A stretch of 32,000 nt of DNA from Saccharolobus solfataricus (GTDB lineage: Archaea > Thermoproteota > Thermoprotei_A > Sulfolobales > Sulfolobaceae). The stretch spans positions 1,200,001 through 1,232,000 of the forward strand of contig NZ_LT549890.1 of the NCBI RefSeq assembly GCF_900079115.1, read 5' to 3'. A program made the translations under genes and the position numbers. The notes beneath the pieces were generated by a model. The model saw only the letters and a list, made by a program, of their open reading frames with translations, did not search any database and was not told where the DNA came from. Below, piece by piece: positions 28,125 through 32,000 of this stretch (position 1 is the first letter of the stretch; each line of letters begins with the position of its first letter).

Positions 28125-29474
28125 TTGTATTACATATCTCTAAATGTGAAAAGAAGAAAGCTCAATAAGGATAATAATTACAATGAATTTCTGACGGATC
28201 CAATATATTCTAGATTAATAGAAAATGTTGAAAAACTTAAGGATAAAGTATTTCATTTGAGCAAGATTGTGAACTTACAAGCCTATATGGAGGGTTTCAC
28301 TTTCTACACTTCGTCAAATTACAGAAGCACACCAATTGATGTTATACCTAGAATTATTACATCTGAACTCTTCTTCAAAATTTCAAATTATTTAGTAGCT
28401 AGAAGTTATGTGCTTAACAAGTTCATAAGGGAAGTATACCAAGAGGGTTCAAACCCAATTCCCGACTGGATAGTGAAAACGACTCCATACTTTAGGCCAG
28501 AAATGATGGGATTCTCACCACCAAAGGATATATACATTCACGTTTACGGTGCCGATATAGTTAGGGTTAACGGTGTGCCATTTATTTTAGAGGACAACCT
28601 GAGAATTCCATCTGGAATATCATACTCGTATAAGGCCTTTGAATATGTTGATAGGTTTCTGCCAGAGTTAAAAGAAGGTTATGATAATAGGGTGCTTCAA
28701 ATTAACGGGTTGGACTACCTTTATGACATTCTACGTTACGTGAGCGGTAACAAAGATCCCATCATAGTTATCTTAACTGATGGTAATTATAATTCAGCAT
28801 ATTTCGAACACAAGTTCATTTCCGAAAAATTAGGAATAATATTGGCTGAGCCAAACGATATTTACGTAAAGGATAAGGAGGTAGTAGTGAGGACCGTAGA
28901 TGAGGGCGAAGTCCATGTAGACGTAATTTACAGAAGAATTGAAGATTTGGACTATTTAACCCCGGGATTGATGAAAGCCTATTTGAGGGGTTGGGTAACA
29001 TTAGCTAACGCGCCGGGAACTGGGGTAGCTGATGATAAGGCAACGTTTGTATGGATACCATATTTGGCTGAAAAGTATGGAATTAAACTAGAAAACGTTA
29101 TACAACCATATACCATTTGTCTTTACGAAAAGGAGAATCTAGAGAAAGTTATTACCCAGCCTACGAGATATGTTATAAAGAAAAGGGAGGGTTACGGGGG
29201 TATTGGTTTGGCAATAGTTAAGGACGATAACATAAATGTTTTAAAGGAGATATATAAGGAGTATGAGAACTTTATAGCGCAAGAAGTTCTGGACTTTGAC
29301 ACAGTTATTTCTGTGGTTAACGATTCCTTTTACGAGACCTATGCTGATATGAGAATCTTCACTTACTACGATAAGGTTGCCAGTGCAGTTTTAAGTAGAG
29401 TGGGAATAATGGGAAGTAGGATAACAAATAACTCGTCTGGAGGGATGGTGAAGCCTCTATGGATTATAAAGTAG
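28125..29474 (+). CDS. Circularly permuted type-2 ATP-grasp protein (COG2308-like). The start is uncertain: TTG 28125 or GTG 28146.
   Basis: 449 aa. FILEDNLRIPSGISYS, NSAYFEHKFISEKLG, VDVIYRRIEDLDYL and LANAPGTGVADDKATFVWIP match the family's conserved blocks. Confidence 0.85.
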   Translation: MYYISLNVKRRKLNKDNNYNEFLTDPIYSRLIENVEKLKDKVFHLSKIVNLQAYMEGFTFYTSSNYRSTPIDVIPRIITSELFFKISNYLVARSYVLNKFIREVYQEGSNPIPDWIVKTTPYFRPEMMGFSPPKDIYIHVYGADIVRVNGVPFILEDNLRIPSGISYSYKAFEYVDRFLPELKEGYDNRVLQINGLDYLYDILRYVSGNKDPIIVILTDGNYNSAYFEHKFISEKLGIILAEPNDIYVKDKEVVVRTVDEGEVHVDVIYRRIEDLDYLTPGLMKAYLRGWVTLANAPGTGVADDKATFVWIPYLAEKYGIKLENVIQPYTICLYEKENLEKVITQPTRYVIKKREGYGGIGLAIVKDDNINVLKEIYKEYENFIAQEVLDFDTVISVVNDSFYETYADMRIFTYYDKVASAVLSRVGIMGSRITNNSSGGMVKPLWIIK

Positions 29475-30259
29475 AGTATATTAGCATTTACGAATACGAG
29501 GCTGATGTGATATCAAACGAGAATACGCTGAAGATTGTACCATATAACGGGGATAATCAAGTGCTAATATCACACGAGGTTGGAACTATACCTAATGGTT
29601 ACAAAACGTCTTATGTAGATATATTTGGAAACATTGTGTATAAGATAAAGGTTCAAGAATTACATAGAAGGTTGGAAATTTATTCCAAAAGTGTAGTGAC
29701 ACTGGATAAAAAAGTAATAAAGACAGATTATGAGTTCCCGTACAATTACGGCTTCAATGAGTTCCTTTTACCAACAAGATTAGTTGATCCAGAACAATTC
29801 CAGAAAATAGCTAAGGAGCTAACAAAGAGTTTAAAGACACTTGGAGAAGTAATAGAAACAATAGTTAATTTCGTGAGAAAGAAGATTATATATAAGCCCG
29901 GAATAACCAACATCAATACTACGGCATTTGAAGCGTATAGTTTGGGTTATGGAGTTTGTCAAGATTATACTCACATCACGTTAGGATTACTTAGAGCTCT
30001 AGGTATTCCAGCTAGATATGTAATGGGAGTAGTTAATGATAATCCAAGAGCAACTCACGCTTGGGTTGAAGTGTTAACTCCAGATGGTACGTACATAGAT
30101 GTTGATCCTACTAGAGGTAGGTTTTACAATTTAGATTATATAAAGTTCGCAGTTGGTAGGGACTTCAATGATGTAAGTCCAGTGATAGGGTTTTTCGTTA
30201 GTTCTGGAAGGGGATGGCTTAAGGAAGTAAGAATAAAGGTGGAGAAAAGTGCTTCCTAA
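29459..30259 (+). CDS. Transglutaminase-like cysteine peptidase/transamidase family protein (Bact_transglu_N plus Transglut_core architecture)
   Basis: 266 aa. GVCQDYTHITLGLLRALGIPARYV (Cys), THAWVEV (His) and IDVDPT (Asp). Overlaps the upstream gene by 16 nt. GGTGAAG lies 6 nt upstream of the ATG. Confidence 0.85.
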   Translation: MDYKVEYISIYEYEADVISNENTLKIVPYNGDNQVLISHEVGTIPNGYKTSYVDIFGNIVYKIKVQELHRRLEIYSKSVVTLDKKVIKTDYEFPYNYGFNEFLLPTRLVDPEQFQKIAKELTKSLKTLGEVIETIVNFVRKKIIYKPGITNINTTAFEAYSLGYGVCQDYTHITLGLLRALGIPARYVMGVVNDNPRATHAWVEVLTPDGTYIDVDPTRGRFYNLDYIKFAVGRDFNDVSPVIGFFVSSGRGWLKEVRIKVEKSAS

Positions 30260-30650
30260 AAGTATTGCGTATAAGATTTACTGGGCTGGAAGGTATTTGG
30301 AAAGAATAGAGAACATATGTAGGATGTCGTTACTAGCCATTAATAACGGGTTAAATATTAACACTGTAGCTAAACAACTTGGATTTGATAACGAGTATGA
30401 ATTGATAAATTATGTTAAAACTTCTTTCCAGTACTTAAGGGAGAACGTTAGAAGTTTTGCGGATGAGAAGGTAATTATTCAAGTGAATACACTTGAGTTT
30501 CTGATAGACTCTGACAAATCCGATTTACAAAGTTACTTTACGCAACTACTTAATGGAGTATATAACGTTGGAAATAGCTTTGAGAAGTTCTTTGTAGAGG
30601 TTAGGAGCGAGATGAGGATTAGACCACAGCAGGAAAATCAGCCAGAATAA
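30249..30650 (+). CDS. Truncated alpha-E domain protein (N-terminal part only, 133 aa)
   Basis: N-terminus LPKSIAYKIYWAGRYLERIENICRM matches the alpha-E consensus (LsRvA..lyWmGRYlERaEn.aR). GTG start, 11-nt overlap with the upstream gene, and GGTGGAG upstream. Confidence 0.6.
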   Translation: MLPKSIAYKIYWAGRYLERIENICRMSLLAINNGLNINTVAKQLGFDNEYELINYVKTSFQYLRENVRSFADEKVIIQVNTLEFLIDSDKSDLQSYFTQLLNGVYNVGNSFEKFFVEVRSEMRIRPQQENQPE

Positions 30651-30802
30651 CGTCGGTATGTGGATTTCTTTTATCTTAAGATGAACTGGAGAATACTGAG
30701 ATAATATTAAAATAATAGTAAATATTAACTTTAATAATTACAATCTAAAATTACCAATTGTATCAAATCTGGAATATAAAAATCTTATGAGGTTAGGAAG
30801 TT

Positions 30803-31606
30803 TCACTTCCCTTTAAAATTAGGTCTTCTTTTCTCGAAGAAAGCTCTAGCGCCTTCCTTAGCATCCTCTGAAGCCAGAGCTTGATTCTGCATTTCTCTCT
30901 CCAGAGCAAAAGCATTATACAACGGCAAATCCATTCCTTCATTAACTGCTAATTTTGCAAATCCCACTGCTAATGATGGACCTCTAGATATTTGCCTAGC
31001 AAACTCTAATGACTCTTCAAATAGTTTTTCTGGCTCTACTAACTTGTCTAGGATACCTAAATCATAAGCCTCTTTAGGAGAAAGTGTCTTGCCGGTTATC
31101 ATTAGATATATAGCCTTCGATCTTCCAACTAATCTAGCTAAAAACTGAGTTCCTCCCTCACCTGGGATTAAAGCTAAATTGGCTACTTCTGGCATTCCAA
31201 ATTTAATATTCTCATCATTGGCACCGAACCTCAAATCACAAGCAAGTGCCAGTTCTAAGCCCCCACCCATACAATGGCCATTTATGCTGGCTATTATCAA
31301 TTTCTTTGTTGACATCATTCTTAACATGACCTCTTTGCTAAACTGACTTGAGAGCCCTATGTATTCTGGTGATTTATCCTTTATTTCATTTATATCAAAT
31401 CCTGCAGAGAAAAATCTGGGAATTGCGCTAGTTATAATTAACGCTTTTACATTTTCATCAAAACGTGACTCCACAATAATGTTATCCAATTCTCTTAACA
31501 TTTCCAGATTATGTGCATTAGCTGGTGGTCTATTTAATCTTATTATCCCCACTCCATCTTCGACTTCTATTTTGAAATATTTTGGAGTCAATTCAGTTAA
31601 ACCCAT
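30803..31606 (-). CDS. Enoyl-CoA hydratase/isomerase (crotonase) family protein
   Basis: 267 aa. FFSAGFDI, GHCMGGGLELALACDLR and PEVANLALIPGEGGTQFLARLVG motifs. Confidence 0.9.
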   Translation of the reverse strand: MGLTELTPKYFKIEVEDGVGIIRLNRPPANAHNLEMLRELDNIIVESRFDENVKALIITSAIPRFFSAGFDINEIKDKSPEYIGLSSQFSKEVMLRMMSTKKLIIASINGHCMGGGLELALACDLRFGANDENIKFGMPEVANLALIPGEGGTQFLARLVGRSKAIYLMITGKTLSPKEAYDLGILDKLVEPEKLFEESLEFARQISRGPSLAVGFAKLAVNEGMDLPLYNAFALEREMQNQALASEDAKEGARAFFEKRRPNFKGK

Positions 31607-31616
31607 GAACTATCAC

Positions 31617-32000
31617 CTAAAATATTCTTCTATTCCTATTCACATCTGGTAACTCTAAACCTAAGGGTGCGATTAATTCTGCGACATCTTTTATGTATAA
31701 TTGCCTCATTTCATCATTCCTCATTCTCTTTATCCCATACTTATAAGCTAAGTCTATAGTATATGACTTAGAGTGTCCAAACATATCTAAACCTCTAGGG
31801 AACCATTTATTTATTAATGCTTGTGCTAAATCCCTTTTTCCCTCTTCAACTAGTCTCTTTATGCCAGTATATCCAAAATTAATGTGAAATTCCTCTTCCA
31901 TTAGCATTGTAGGAATTATTCTTGAAAGTGGACCAAAACTGGAATCCTCGAAGGCTAGTAGTTGATATAAACCTACCCTGTCTATTAAAAACGTAAAACC
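31617..32000 (-). CDS. C-terminal part of a ferritin-like di-iron oxygenase of the phenylacetyl-CoA epoxidase PaaA/PaaC/BoxB type; the gene continues past the window end
   Basis: The reading frame stays open from 31907 to 32000 (…GFTFLIDRVGLYQLLAFEDSSFGPLSRIIPTMLMEEEFH…). An ExxH motif (EEEFH) is present. Adjacent to a crotonase gene, as in paa clusters. Confidence 0.5.
   Translation of the reverse strand, partial: GFTFLIDRVGLYQLLAFEDSSFGPLSRIIPTMLMEEEFHINFGYTGIKRLVEEGKRDLAQALINKWFPRGLDMFGHSKSYTIDLAYKYGIKRMRNDEMRQLYIKDVAELIAPLGLELPDVNRNRRIF

Noticed and set aside
30651-30802. Searched intergenic spacers (for example taagatgaactggagaatactgagat) for C/D-box sRNA signatures
   Set aside because: Only isolated partial C-like (atgaa) and D (ctga) boxes were found. 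They lack the paired C'/D' boxes and the spacing of Sulfolobus C/D sRNAs.

Overview
This is an AT-rich archaeal chromosomal segment of Sulfolobales type. The insertion-sequence (IS) repertoire, including an element of exactly 1,359 bp, suggests Saccharolobus/Sulfolobus solfataricus or a close relative; that assignment is inference and the IS names are from memory. Roughly a third of the window is mobile DNA, comprising ten IS copies:
- an ISC1058-like IS5 element
- two decayed copies of one DDE (Asp-Asp-Glu transposase) IS
- an ISC1439-like element with a 9-bp target-site duplication (TSD)
- one decayed and one intact IS110-family element
- an IS1-like two-ORF element
- an IS4-like element
- an IS5-like element split by a precise ISC1359 insertion

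There are also nested miniature inverted-repeat (MITE)-like elements.

Host genes between them:
- an APC-family permease
- an XdhC-like protein
- a Zn alcohol dehydrogenase
- an enolase-superfamily dehydratase
- an MFS (major facilitator) transporter plus a cyclase/formamidase pair
- an HTH_10 regulator
- an enoyl-CoA hydratase and a partial PaaA-like oxygenase

Two gene modules stand out.
1. 28125-30650 encodes a translationally coupled circularly permuted ATP-grasp, a transglutaminase-like protein and a truncated alpha-E protein. This is a predicted but functionally uncharacterised peptide ligation/modification system. A CorA-like membrane protein lacking the GMN motif sits just upstream.
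2. 10272-6459 on the minus strand is an operon of a hyaluronan-synthase/NodC-type processive family-2 glycosyltransferase (GT2), a small soluble protein and a 692-aa heavily sequon-rich C-terminally anchored surface protein. It lies convergent with an orphan ParA/MinD ATPase. I read this as a possible cellulose-synthase (Bcs)-like exopolysaccharide machine.

A 239-nt GC-rich island with no convincing ORF, embedded in a MITE end at 26130-26368, is a candidate structured RNA. No rRNA, tRNA or CRISPR array was seen.
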